Positions 46,892 through 55,946 are shown, counted from the first letter of the stretch. The stretch: 61,292 nucleotides of DNA from an uncultured virus (IMG/VR IMGVR_UViG_3300023109_000009) (IMGVR_UViG_3300023109_000009); one strand, 5' to 3'. Program-made: numbers and translations. The notes: generated from the letters alone by a model not told the origin.

Positions 46892-48220
46892 ATGTCAGAG
46901 ACAAACTATCAAAAGCTTGTGGAAAAGTGGGGGCCCATCCTAGAGCACGAATCTTTTTCACCGATCGCTGATAATCACAGACGCGCAGTAACGGCGACCA
47001 TTCTTGAGAACACAGAGCGTGCTCTTCAAGAGTCTGGTGACCTTTCTGCTAACATGAGTTCTCTTTTGTCAGAGAGCCCAATTAACGACGTAGGCGCAAC
47101 TGGTGGATTCACTGGTGCAGCTGCAGCTGGAGGCCCAGGTGCTGGATATGATCCCGTACTGATCTCCCTCGTTCGACGTGCAATGCCTAATCTAATTGCT
47201 TATGACATTTGTGGTGTCCAGCCTATGACTGGTCCTACAGGTCTCATCTTCGCAATGCGCTCACGTAAGGCCACTCAGGCTGGTGGTGAGACTGGATACG
47301 GCGAAGCTGATACTACTCACTCAGGTGTTGGAACCCAAACCGGAGCTATTCCTGTAGCTGATGCTGCTAATACTACTCTCTTTGAGACTGGTACTGGTAT
47401 GTCTACTGCTGCTGGTGAAGATCTCGGTGATGGTGGTACTTTCGCAGAGATGGCCTTCTCAATTGAGAAAGTAACCGTTGCTGCTAAGACCCGCGCTCTG
47501 AAGGCTGAGTACACTACAGAACTTGCTCAAGATCTGAAAGCTGTACATGGTCTGGACGCTGAGACTGAATTGGCTAACATCCTGCAATCAGAAATCTTAA
47601 CTGAAATCAACCGTGAGGTTGTACGTACTATCTACACTACTTCTGTAGTTGGTGCTGGTAATACTGCTGCTTCTGGTGTATTCGACTTAGATGTTGATGC
47701 AAACGGACGTTGGTCTGTTGAGAAGTTCAAGGGTTTGATGTTCCAGGTTGAGCAAGAAGCTAACGCTATTGCCAAGGGAACTCGACGTGGTAAGGGTAAC
47801 ATCGTAATTTGTTCTTCTGACGTTGCTTCTGCACTTCAGATGGCCGGTGTTCTTGATCACACTCCTGCTCTCAACGCTAACGCTTTGGATGTTGATGATA
47901 CTGGTAACACCTTCGCTGGTGTACTGAACGGACGCTTCCGTGTATACATCGATCCATATGCTGGTGGAAACTACATGGTTGTAGGTTATAAGGGTTCATC
48001 TGCATTTGATGCAGGTCTATTCTACTGCCCATACGTACCTCTCCAGATGGTTCGTGCGGTTGGTGAGAATACCTTCCAACCTAAGATCGGCTTCAAGACT
48101 CGTTACGGCATGGTTGCAAACCCATTTGCACAAGGTGACGCATCTAGTCAAGGTCTTGGTTCACTTGCTGCAGGTGTTAACAAGTACTACCGTAAGGTTC
48201 GAGTTACTAACTTGTTCTAA
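46892..48220 (+). CDS. 23: Major capsid protein gp23
   Basis: LISLVRRAMPNLIAYDICGVQPMTGPTGLIFAMR...RALKAEYTTELAQDLKAVHGLDAE...FQPKIGFKTRYG. Confidence 0.98.
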   Translation: MSETNYQKLVEKWGPILEHESFSPIADNHRRAVTATILENTERALQESGDLSANMSSLLSESPINDVGATGGFTGAAAAGGPGAGYDPVLISLVRRAMPNLIAYDICGVQPMTGPTGLIFAMRSRKATQAGGETGYGEADTTHSGVGTQTGAIPVADAANTTLFETGTGMSTAAGEDLGDGGTFAEMAFSIEKVTVAAKTRALKAEYTTELAQDLKAVHGLDAETELANILQSEILTEINREVVRTIYTTSVVGAGNTAASGVFDLDVDANGRWSVEKFKGLMFQVEQEANAIAKGTRRGKGNIVICSSDVASALQMAGVLDHTPALNANALDVDDTGNTFAGVLNGRFRVYIDPYAGGNYMVVGYKGSSAFDAGLFYCPYVPLQMVRAVGENTFQPKIGFKTRYGMVANPFAQGDASSQGLGSLAAGVNKYYRKVRVTNLF

Positions 48221-48277
48221 GGTATAAAAATAAGAGTTTGGGGCGGATCTGATAAATCGTTAACCAGACCAATTTTT

Positions 48278-48303
48278 AGGGAGACTTCGGTCTCCCTTTT
48301 TTT
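48278..48303 (+). terminator. Rho-independent terminator with UUCG loop
   Basis: AGGGAGAC-TTCG-GTCTCCCT followed by a T-run. Confidence 0.92.
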
Positions 48304-48315
48304 ATCTGCTGAAAA

Positions 48316-48360
48316 GTGTCACAAAACATTAACCTAATCTTAATGTAAACTTCATAAAAC
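48316..48360 (+). promoter_or_regulatory. Putative Pho box array (four half-sites at 11-bp period)
   Basis: TGTCAC (48317), ATTAAC (48328), CTTAAT (48339), CTTCAT (48350) with A-rich spacers; PhoB consensus is CTGTCAT-A(A/T)A(A/T) repeats. Confidence 0.65.
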
Positions 48361-48414
48361 TTTTGGTACTTGGGTATTAAATAATACAACCAAAACAATA
48401 AAGGGGGTTCCCTT

Positions 48415-48960
48415 ATGAAGTACTTGACACCATTACTCTTTCTAGTCTTATCGTATCCTGCTCTAGGATCTGACCAACAAGAATACAATTACAAAGCCAA
48501 ACATGATGATTGGGAATATACGTTCCGGCATCGAGAAGGTACACGGCATGTTGAGATTGGCAAGAAGGTTGGACCAATCGAGGTGATGTATCGGTATGCT
48601 GACCTCCGCGTGACAAGAGAGAATCGAATCAAGTTCACCGGTGAGATATTCTCTTGGAAAGACCTAACACTTGAAGGCAGAATGGAGTATCGTTCGTTTG
48701 ACAACAAAGAATCCCACTGGCGATATCGTTTCATAACAGAATATACACCTCACCTGTATGGTCCATTACACTTATATGCTAAATGGCAGCCACGGTGGAG
48801 CTTTAAGGATGGTGGTACCAAATTCGATGCTCGGGATCAACTGGGCATTACTTATAAACAAAAGACATGGAAAATAACCCCCTTCATTGAAAGAAAATCG
48901 ACCGAAGGGTATGATCGTAAATTGACTGTAACGGGAGTGCATGCTGAATGGAAACTATGA
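48415..48960 (+). CDS. Secreted outer-membrane beta-barrel (small porin-like)
   Basis: Signal peptide MKYLTPLLFLVLSYPALG; alternating amphipathic strands; Arg-rich (WRYRF); C-terminal HAEWKL. Confidence 0.6.
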   Translation: MKYLTPLLFLVLSYPALGSDQQEYNYKAKHDDWEYTFRHREGTRHVEIGKKVGPIEVMYRYADLRVTRENRIKFTGEIFSWKDLTLEGRMEYRSFDNKESHWRYRFITEYTPHLYGPLHLYAKWQPRWSFKDGGTKFDARDQLGITYKQKTWKITPFIERKSTEGYDRKLTVTGVHAEWKL

Positions 48961-49877
48961 CTTTACTCTGGACTATCGTGGGATTTAGTATTGCAAGTTA
49001 TACTGTAATTGCCAATGATAGTATTCAAACACTAGGTACATGGATGGCCTCAAATCGTCGAGTTGATTGGCGAATTATGTGGGGTGCTGCAAGTACTGTA
49101 TTACTATTCGCCCTTTGGTACGGCTTCTTCATGTATGGAGATATATCATATGGGAGGCTTGAAAAAATACCTTATATCGAACCACAGTGGTATCATGCAA
49201 TGGCTCCTGCGGTTCTTCTGTTATTAACACGAATTGGTGTGCCGGTGAGTACATCATTTCTAGTATTGTCTGCATTTGCATCTTCATTTGTACTCGAAAA
49301 AATGCTTGTGAAATCGTTTGCCGGATACGCTGTTGCTGCAGTAAGTGCTTATGTTATTTGGGGTATTATATCGAAATGGATGAGCAATGTAGAGCTCGGA
49401 GGTTCAGATCGAAATTGGCGTATTGCTCAATGGAGTGTAACTGGATGGCTGTGGTGGACTTGGTTGTCGCATGACATGGCAAACATGGCAGTATTCTTAC
49501 CTCGTACAATTGACCCAATGGTACTCGTGGCTATTAGTGTTCTTTTCATTGCCGGCCTTGGATTCATGTTTCGTGAAGAGGGTGGTAAGATACAGGAAAT
49601 TGTAAAGTCCAAGACCAAGACCAAATACGTACGAAGTGCAACACTCATTGATTTGATTTACCTGATTATCTTGTGGTATTTCAAAGAATATAATAGTATT
49701 CCAATGAGTACAACTTGGGTGTTTATTGGACTCTTAAGTGGTCGAGAACTTGCGATCGCGACGTTTAATGGTGAGGTGAAGAAAACCTACCCAATAGTTG
49801 CCAAGGATTTTGGAAAGCTAATGGTTGGTGTTGGTGCTTCGATGGGTATCATTATTGGTATTCACACTTTCACTTAA
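48948..49877 (+). CDS. PiT/PHO4-like inorganic phosphate (or sulfate) permease
   Basis: Multi-TM; duplicated PiT-like signatures ANDSIQ/HDMAN and PVSTS/PMSTT. Confidence 0.65.
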   Translation: METMTLLWTIVGFSIASYTVIANDSIQTLGTWMASNRRVDWRIMWGAASTVLLFALWYGFFMYGDISYGRLEKIPYIEPQWYHAMAPAVLLLLTRIGVPVSTSFLVLSAFASSFVLEKMLVKSFAGYAVAAVSAYVIWGIISKWMSNVELGGSDRNWRIAQWSVTGWLWWTWLSHDMANMAVFLPRTIDPMVLVAISVLFIAGLGFMFREEGGKIQEIVKSKTKTKYVRSATLIDLIYLIILWYFKEYNSIPMSTTWVFIGLLSGRELAIATFNGEVKKTYPIVAKDFGKLMVGVGASMGIIIGIHTFT

Positions 49878-51406
49878 AACATGCATATGTCTTTCGGTAG
49901 ATTGGTCCAGATACTCCAGATCGGCTGGATCTCTCTCCCGATTCGACTAGAGGCTTGATTCTCGTGTTGAGATTCGTTTAATTGACTCATCTGCCACCTT
50001 ACCCGCTGCAAGGATTCTACCGAATCGGTGGGTGGTGGTTGATCTTCCTCCCTATCTAAACAAAAACAACCTCCGTCAGTACCGAGGACAACTTCTTGTC
50101 CAGTCTCAGGTATTTCGCAGGTCTCATCCCTGTCCGAAAATCTTCCAGTTGGTAGATCCGCATAAGACATTATCGTTCCGTACCCATCATAGGTACCTTC
50201 GTAATCTGGATTGTCTGCCTGCGGGTTGTAGCCTGGGATGTTATACCCATACGAATATTCAAAAATGCCTGAGGTACGCGCGTCTTCCCATGCGTGTTGC
50301 AGCCCTAATAGATGACCCACCTCATGTACAAACGTCTCGTGAGCCCTCTCATAGTATCTTGTAGAACTATATTCCTGAAAGACACTATTATGAAAACACT
50401 GAGTAATACCTCTGCTATTTTCCAACCCTCTTGTAGCGTCTAAACTAGCGACCCCACAAGCCACAGGGTCATTGTGTCTTTTCTTAAATAAAAACGCTAG
50501 ATCAGCGTTAGCTTCTCGTTGCCATGTATTAATGCCTTCAAATTCATAACTGCCATTAAAAAATGCTGTATACTGACGATATAAGTCACCCTCAGAAACA
50601 TCAACCATTATGATATCAGCCACACGTAAAAGAACATAAGCACCACTTATCATAAAAGTATGGTTGGCCTCATAAAACTGCCTATCCACAAATTCTTTAA
50701 CAGTCATCCCATCTCGTTCTTCCTCTGTCATGTTCGAATCAAACACGACTAGCATATCAATAATTGCACGACCAACCTGCTCTTCTGTCGGCTGATATGG
50801 AAAACTCACCGAAGAATTCTGTTTAATTCCATCACACGTCATATAATTATAGCGAGAATCACCAGTAAATGTCGCGACAGTAGGACAATCTTCTGGTTTT
50901 TCCATTTGCACAAAACATGATTGATCGAGGTGTACTGTACGCTCAGTATATGAACCACCCTCACCATCTGCATAGTCCTGCAATCTATCTTCAGGCAATA
51001 AATGATTAATGCTTTCAAAGTGAGGATCATATTCTGCTGGTGACAAGGATCCGGCACAATAGGACTCACCCAAAGTGGTGCCTGCTTCTGGTGGTGGTTC
51101 ATAACCACAATCTTCCGAATCATTCTCAACGACTTCTTGGTAAGACCCACCATCGCCGTCAGCAAAGTCTTGAATCTTGTCATAATCGTCAAGATTTTGA
51201 ATTACATTAAGGAGACGATTAAACATATCTTGTGTGCTGTTGGCACAATATGGATCATCTAGTGGAGTACCAAATACTGGATTCGGATCTGGATCTACAG
51301 TAACTGGTTTAGGAGTTACAACAATTGGAGTTTCGATGGGTTCTGAATTACCGCCACCACAGGCAGCGAGAAAGGAGATTAGTAGACTTATAGTAAGATG
51401 CTTCAT
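49874..51406 (-). CDS. Lipoprotein zinc metalloprotease (metzincin, reprolysin-like)
   Basis: Lipobox FLAAC; HEVGHLLGLQH zinc motif; TIMSY Met-turn; two D(F/Y)ADG(D/E)GGSY repeats. Confidence 0.8.
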   Translation of the reverse strand: MKHLTISLLISFLAACGGGNSEPIETPIVVTPKPVTVDPDPNPVFGTPLDDPYCANSTQDMFNRLLNVIQNLDDYDKIQDFADGDGGSYQEVVENDSEDCGYEPPPEAGTTLGESYCAGSLSPAEYDPHFESINHLLPEDRLQDYADGEGGSYTERTVHLDQSCFVQMEKPEDCPTVATFTGDSRYNYMTCDGIKQNSSVSFPYQPTEEQVGRAIIDMLVVFDSNMTEEERDGMTVKEFVDRQFYEANHTFMISGAYVLLRVADIIMVDVSEGDLYRQYTAFFNGSYEFEGINTWQREANADLAFLFKKRHNDPVACGVASLDATRGLENSRGITQCFHNSVFQEYSSTRYYERAHETFVHEVGHLLGLQHAWEDARTSGIFEYSYGYNIPGYNPQADNPDYEGTYDGYGTIMSYADLPTGRFSDRDETCEIPETGQEVVLGTDGGCFCLDREEDQPPPTDSVESLQRVRWQMSQLNESQHENQASSRIGREIQPIWSIWTNLPKDICMF

Positions 51407-51481
51407 GGGTACCTCATGTAATTAAAACATGTCAGTACATGATACCACCATAAGTCTACTGAACTTATGATATTTATTTAA

Positions 51482-51679
51482 TTACTCTTCGCCGTCCCAA
51501 TTCAGTTCGGTCATAGATTTCTGCTTTGTGACCTGAGTCTCTGGTTCTCTTGTATCTCCTTCAAGACCCAAGTCAGCATCGTCTTTTTTACCGAAGATTC
51601 TATCCCAGCCATCTTCGTACTGTTTTGAGGATTGACGGGAGCGTATTGCATCTCCCGTCACGTCGTTCTTTGCTACCAT
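51482..51679 (-). CDS. Conserved small phage protein
   Basis: KNDVTGDAI...YEDGWDRIFGKK motif. Confidence 0.6.
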   Translation of the reverse strand: MVAKNDVTGDAIRSRQSSKQYEDGWDRIFGKKDDADLGLEGDTREPETQVTKQKSMTELNWDGEE

Positions 51680-51939
51680 TATCCGTTAACCGTATCCATT
51701 AACGAATCAATTGTCTCCATTTCGGACATCAATTGACCCATATTTTGTTGATGATAAACTCGAGCAAGTTTGCGAAGATATTTCTTAGGGATACCCACAT
51801 CGTCTTCAAGTGACTCTAGGGCATCTTTTACGAAATCTCGCTCGGCCTCTACTCGAGTGTAAGAGTTGCTAATTTCATCCATTGCACCTTTGATACGCTT
51901 TCGATCTTCTGGGCTGCTGGGGATAATCACGTCTGTCAT
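51679..51939 (-). CDS. T4 DsbA-like double-stranded DNA-binding protein
   Basis: ISNSYTRVEAERDFVKD...IPKKYLRKLARVYHQQN; AAGGA SD. Confidence 0.65.
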   Translation of the reverse strand: MTDVIIPSSPEDRKRIKGAMDEISNSYTRVEAERDFVKDALESLEDDVGIPKKYLRKLARVYHQQNMGQLMSEMETIDSLMDTVNG

Positions 51940-51960
51940 AATATATTTCCTTGGTTGAGT

Positions 51961-52176
51961 TTAGACTGCTTTGATGATACTTTGAATTACATTGAAAGTT
52001 TTTTGAACAAGAATTTTGTTTTCTTCAAGTTCAAGGTCTCCCTCAATGCTAGACAAATCGATAAAATCTTCTACAAGTTCGTGAAATTCGCCTACGGTTA
52101 GATGGCCTGAGTCGACCATTTCTTTGTATTCTCTAACACGGGCTTCTCCACTTTTAATGTATTCTGCTAATGTCAT
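51961..52176 (-). CDS. Hypothetical protein
   Basis: 71-aa ORF coupled to the upstream lipoprotein. Confidence 0.55.
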   Translation of the reverse strand: MTLAEYIKSGEARVREYKEMVDSGHLTVGEFHELVEDFIDLSSIEGDLELEENKILVQKTFNVIQSIIKAV

Positions 52177-52550
52177 TTGACTCTTCCTCCGAAGGTTTCT
52201 AAGGCAGCATCAATGACCATTGTAATATTTCGCCTTTTGATTTTGCAGTAACCTGCACTTGGGTTCTCTCTCACATATAACTCTTCACTGAGAGAATTGA
52301 TCTCGTCATAAATTGAAGAAATATTTGCATTAAGAGTGTTTTTACTATACTGTTTGAGTACACGACTGTGATAGACAAGTCGCTTGAGTTCACCTGGTTG
52401 GCATGTAGAACTAAAATTAGAAATCACTCTGAGTTCAGCAAGTTTGCCAAACTCTACATTATCAAAATCATCGACCATAAATCTGTCGAGTGAGCTACAG
52501 CCGGATAATAGTATAAGACTAAGTCCTATAATTAATGTTTTTATCCGCAT
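52173..52550 (-). CDS. Putative lipoprotein
   Basis: Lipobox LLSGC after a hydrophobic leader. Confidence 0.65.
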   Translation of the reverse strand: MRIKTLIIGLSLILLSGCSSLDRFMVDDFDNVEFGKLAELRVISNFSSTCQPGELKRLVYHSRVLKQYSKNTLNANISSIYDEINSLSEELYVRENPSAGYCKIKRRNITMVIDAALETFGGRVK

Positions 52551-53002
52551 ATTTTCTTATCCTTTTTGCGTTCGATAACACGACGTTTTGGAATGTCGTA
52601 ATTAGCTTCTTGGAACTTCCCATCCCTAATTGTATATATTACCACCTGGCCAGAGCTTCGAATATATCTTCGGCCACCATCAATCATTTTACCGTCGAGA
52701 AACAGACAATCATGATGACACTGACTGTACCAAAGTTTGCCATCATTATCTTCAATCATGCCAAATTCGTATGATTCGATGTCGTCGGCATTGGTAATCA
52801 GAACATGATCATCTCTCGCTGTAAGACCAAAGTAACGATTTCCGAATTCTGGGTGGGGTGTCTCGCGATAAAAGATGTCAAAAGGCTGGTCTGATTGCAT
52901 CAGATCTGTCGTGCAAAGATAGGTGACCTCAACGCCATCTTTTTCTGTGTATAGAGCTGCAACCTTTTCGACGTTAAGTATTGGGGCATGCTGAATGTTC
53001 AT
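52541..53002 (-). CDS. Conserved hypothetical phage protein
   Basis: TPHPEFGNRYFGL...YSQCHHDC...IDGGRRYIR. Confidence 0.6.
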   Translation of the reverse strand: MNIQHAPILNVEKVAALYTEKDGVEVTYLCTTDLMQSDQPFDIFYRETPHPEFGNRYFGLTARDDHVLITNADDIESYEFGMIEDNDGKLWYSQCHHDCLFLDGKMIDGGRRYIRSSGQVVIYTIRDGKFQEANYDIPKRRVIERKKDKKICG

Positions 53003-53027
53003 TGATTTACCATCCTATATTTTTTAA

Positions 53028-53186
53028 TCACCAATTGTGTATGTTTCCTGCTATGATAAAGAAACAAGTAATAAAGTTGACACCAACAATAACAGTTCTA
53101 ATCATTGCAATCTTGTCTGCCTCGGAATCAGTCGCTCCTTCCTTTTCACCAATTGCCTTAGCCCACAATCTCCACCACTTTTTCAT
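53028..53186 (-). CDS. Small membrane protein (52 aa; not in ORF track)
   Basis: MKKWWRLWAKAIGEKEGATDSEADKIAMIRTVIVGVNFITCFFIIAGNIHNW, read manually; ATGA overlap with iscU. Confidence 0.65.
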   Translation of the reverse strand: MKKWWRLWAKAIGEKEGATDSEADKIAMIRTVIVGVNFITCFFIIAGNIHNW

Positions 53187-53566
53187 TTATCATTCTTATT
53201 TCTGTAGTCTTTAATTGCCGCTTTGATAGCATCTTCTGCCAATACAGAGCAGTGGATCTTCACAGGCGGTAGGCATAATTCTTGAGCAATTTTTGTATTG
53301 CTGATTTCTCCTGCTTCGTCAAGGGACTTTCCTCGAACCCATTCTGTGAGTAACGATGAAGAAGCAATAGCACTGCCGCATCCGTAAGTCTTGAATTTAG
53401 CATCTTCAATAATTCCGTCATCCGATACTCGGATTTGCAACCGCATGACGTCTCCACACGCTGGAGCGCCGACCATGCCAGTTCCGATGCTTTCGTCATC
53501 TTCGGGAAGACGTCCGACATTTCTGGGATTTTCATAGTGATCTAGTACCTTGTCTGAGTAAGCCAT
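53183..53566 (-). CDS. iscU: Fe-S cluster scaffold protein IscU
   Basis: MAYSDKVLDHYENPRNVG, GAPACGD, FKTYGCGSAIASSS, LPPVKIHCSVLAEDAIKAA; three conserved Cys and the LPPVK HscA motif. Confidence 0.96.
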   Translation of the reverse strand: MAYSDKVLDHYENPRNVGRLPEDDESIGTGMVGAPACGDVMRLQIRVSDDGIIEDAKFKTYGCGSAIASSSLLTEWVRGKSLDEAGEISNTKIAQELCLPPVKIHCSVLAEDAIKAAIKDYRNKNDK

Positions 53567-53569
53567 TTT

Positions 53570-53761
53570 TTAACCTGTAATATACAGCACGATTGAGAAT
53601 AAACTACCTAGAAATATGATGGTACAGACGAGACCCACAAGAACAAAATGTATCGGGTTCCCTTCGGCAAAATCTTTGTTACGATTTTCAAGACTTTGAA
53701 CTCCAAAGAACGCAGCCAATACACTTTTAAAAGTTCTAATTAGGCTCTGAATATTCATCAT
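53570..53761 (-). CDS. DUF2970-like small membrane protein
   Basis: SVLAAFFGVQS..NR..DF..GNP..F...G motif; start uncertain. Confidence 0.7.
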   Translation of the reverse strand: MMNIQSLIRTFKSVLAAFFGVQSLENRNKDFAEGNPIHFVLVGLVCTIIFLGSLFSIVLYITG

Positions 53762-53918
53762 ATTCTGGTATATATTTATCCCAGCAACCAGGTGAATCGT
53801 TATGAATCCCTTCCCAAATATCAGCATTATTTTTGCCGTGTTTTGCAACAAATGCCTCGAGCGTCATCTCGCGAGCATCTTCTTCCATTTCGTAAACATA
53901 CTGACCCATTGCGCTCAT
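53736..53918 (-). CDS. Hypothetical protein
   Basis: MSAMGQYVYEMEEDA..., GGAGG SD. Confidence 0.55.
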   Translation of the reverse strand: MSAMGQYVYEMEEDAREMTLEAFVAKHGKNNADIWEGIHNDSPGCWDKYIPEYDEYSEPN

Positions 53919-54139
53919 GTGTCCTCCCAATGTCTAAGCAATTCTATTACACCATTTTCGTCGAGTCGAGTTTTAATGAACCCATCGTCAATGAGACCAT
54001 CAATTACCTTTTCGACAATTGTGTGCATGTTTTGAGCAGACTGTCTATAACTCCAATACCAACCAAATGCAGTGAAAACTGCCCCGCAAAATAAAAATTC
54101 TAATGGAGCCATTTCTACCATTTTAATCACCACAACCAT
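53915..54139 (-). CDS. Small membrane-anchored hypothetical protein
   Basis: N-terminal TM segment, then IDGLIDDGFIKT; start may be ~54121. Confidence 0.55.
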   Translation of the reverse strand: MVVVIKMVEMAPLEFLFCGAVFTAFGWYWSYRQSAQNMHTIVEKVIDGLIDDGFIKTRLDENGVIELLRHWEDT

Positions 54140-54359
54140 GTTTTTCTAAAATCCGATCACTTTCCGAAAGGTCGGAAAACCGATCATCGAAATCTTCGCC
54201 TGAAAGCAAGTGATGTTCGTCAATCAACTCATTCGACAACGCCATGTCAATGACATCGTCCTCAGACAAATACCTAAGACACGCATCTATTAATAGATCC
54301 CTGTCAATAATACCATCGTCAACATACTCTAAGATAAGATTGGTGACTGAACGTGGCAT
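54123..54359 (-). CDS. Hypothetical protein
   Basis: ACLRYLSEDDVIDM...NE motif; AAGGAG SD. Confidence 0.6.
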   Translation of the reverse strand: MPRSVTNLILEYVDDGIIDRDLLIDACLRYLSEDDVIDMALSNELIDEHHLLSGEDFDDRFSDLSESDRILEKHGCGD

Positions 54360-54392
54360 AGTTACTAACTCCTTTAGTGGTTTTGACCAATG

Positions 54393-54965
54393 TCAACAAG
54401 AAACTTGAAACCATTCTGGTACTTGTCGATTTGTCCATGACATACTGAAACGTGCTTGCTTTGTTTGATAGAACATCCGATACGATTTTACCGGATCATC
54501 GGGAAACATACATTCTGGGTTCGAACCCATGGCCAATTTAAAAGGTGTATGATCAGCAACTGGTATGTTTTTCGGTAAACGTCCGAGCTCTAGTCCTAGC
54601 AACTTCTCTGTTCGGTGAGTCTTACCATACCGATAGGTGTATTCTCTACAGAGAGCAATAAAGTGTTCATAATGCCATCTGTAATTAGAGGAGGATTCCC
54701 TAGACCAAACAGTACATGGATGATTCATATGCACAGCCTTGTACAACAGATCTTCTCGGTAACCATCTAGTTTCCAATATTTCACTATTCTCTTGCCCGA
54801 CTTAGATCGGCGCATTTCTACAGTCCCGTCAAGCATGCGATGAACTGTTGAAAGCATCTGGCCAGATTCGACGATCATTTTGACCACGTGCTTGTCGCAT
54901 TGACTCTGGGCTGATTTGATTGGGCAAGGTCGGTACTCTCCTTGTTCAATGGGAAAGATATTCAT
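54393..54965 (-). CDS. Pyrimidine-dimer DNA glycosylase (DenV)-like family protein
   Basis: MNIF...AQSQCDKHVVKMIVESGQMLST...HMNHPCTVW...EYTYRYGKTH...SYRMFY...PEWF. Confidence 0.65.
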   Translation of the reverse strand: MNIFPIEQGEYRPCPIKSAQSQCDKHVVKMIVESGQMLSTVHRMLDGTVEMRRSKSGKRIVKYWKLDGYREDLLYKAVHMNHPCTVWSRESSSNYRWHYEHFIALCREYTYRYGKTHRTEKLLGLELGRLPKNIPVADHTPFKLAMGSNPECMFPDDPVKSYRMFYQTKQARFSMSWTNRQVPEWFQVSC

Positions 54966-55186
54966 GGTTCTATTTTAAAAGTGAATCTTGTGCTTTCTGC
55001 TACCAGTGAATCTTGCACATCAACAGCACTCACATTATGGATTTGAGAAAAGAGCTTGATAGCTTCTAGTCTCTCTAGCTTAGGTTCATTATATACATCT
55101 CGCTCAGATACATCGAGGTCATTCCAGATTATAAAATTTTGACCAAGGGTCAACTCGGAATCAAATTTAAATATCAGGTCGTTCAT
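54962..55186 (-). CDS. Hypothetical early protein
   Basis: AGGAG SD; first gene after the promoter at 55219-55247. Confidence 0.55.
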   Translation of the reverse strand: MNDLIFKFDSELTLGQNFIIWNDLDVSERDVYNEPKLERLEAIKLFSQIHNVSAVDVQDSLVAESTRFTFKIEP

Positions 55187-55218
55187 TCACTGCTCCTAGC
55201 AATTCATTTGATAAAAGA

Positions 55219-55292
55219 ATTATAACACAACCATGTATGTTTGTAAACACTTTTCTTAGAACATTTTGTTATAAAGATATAACAGCGGGTAT
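55219..55292 (-). promoter_or_regulatory. Early sigma70 promoter with upstream operator-like motif
   Basis: Minus strand TTTACA (55242-47), 17 bp, TATAAT (55219-24); upstream AGAAC-N5-GTTAT-N6-ATAAC. Confidence 0.8.
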
Positions 55293-55337
55293 ACGTCTCA
55301 GAGCGATCGAACCCCAGTCCTTTGTAACCATATCTAA

Positions 55338-55571
55338 TTAGAAGAACCCTTCATAGCCACCATAGTACGATAGGACAGATCTAAAAGCGTCTCGTCGGGC
55401 AGTAATTTCTTTGATATCCTGATCACGATCAGCAGAGAAATAGAACAAAGCATTCTCATTGCTCTGTCGATCTTCCAGCGATTCCTCAAATGTCCTTAAA
55501 CCTTCTTTCAGTTCGTTCACCACAAGTACATCAACTTGTTCCGGTTCCAACTCAATGGTCACTCTGCTCAT
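55338..55571 (-). CDS. Hypothetical protein
   Basis: MSRVTIELEPEQVD..., ATGA-coupled. Confidence 0.55.
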   Translation of the reverse strand: MSRVTIELEPEQVDVLVVNELKEGLRTFEESLEDRQSNENALFYFSADRDQDIKEITARRDAFRSVLSYYGGYEGFF

Positions 55572-55825
55572 TGTTCCTGCTCCCACACTTCACTTTCCCA
55601 GCTACCATACAATGATGAGAAACCCCACTGAAGAGGGCTGTATTCGTTCAACACATTGTGCCGAAAATTCTCAACCTCATTGATCTGATCTTCAGTCAAC
55701 TCACCGATCTCATCAACACCGAACCATTCCATAACGTGATCATATACCCATTCGTCAATGATGTGGCCGATATTTTCTTCAGCCTTGTGGACTCGATGCC
55801 AATCATATACTCCTTGCTCACTCAT
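55568..55825 (-). CDS. Hypothetical acidic protein
   Basis: GAGGAGG SD; part of a coupled gene chain. Confidence 0.55.
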   Translation of the reverse strand: MSEQGVYDWHRVHKAEENIGHIIDEWVYDHVMEWFGVDEIGELTEDQINEVENFRHNVLNEYSPLQWGFSSLYGSWESEVWEQEQ

Positions 55826-55946
55826 TGTGCATCCTCCTCAAACACTTCACATGAATTATCATAATCGCACTCATTGGTTCGATTAGGCATTTCAACTTCA
55901 ACGTATGTCATCCATACAGCCAGCAATACAACAAAACCCCACATAT

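Noticed and set aside
37598..48220. Introns, inteins or homing endonucleases in terminase, portal or capsid genes
   Set aside because: Lengths and motifs are continuous and normal
48235..48272. Possible structured RNA between the gp23 stop and the terminator
   Set aside because: Only a weak imperfect hairpin; cannot be supported without covariation
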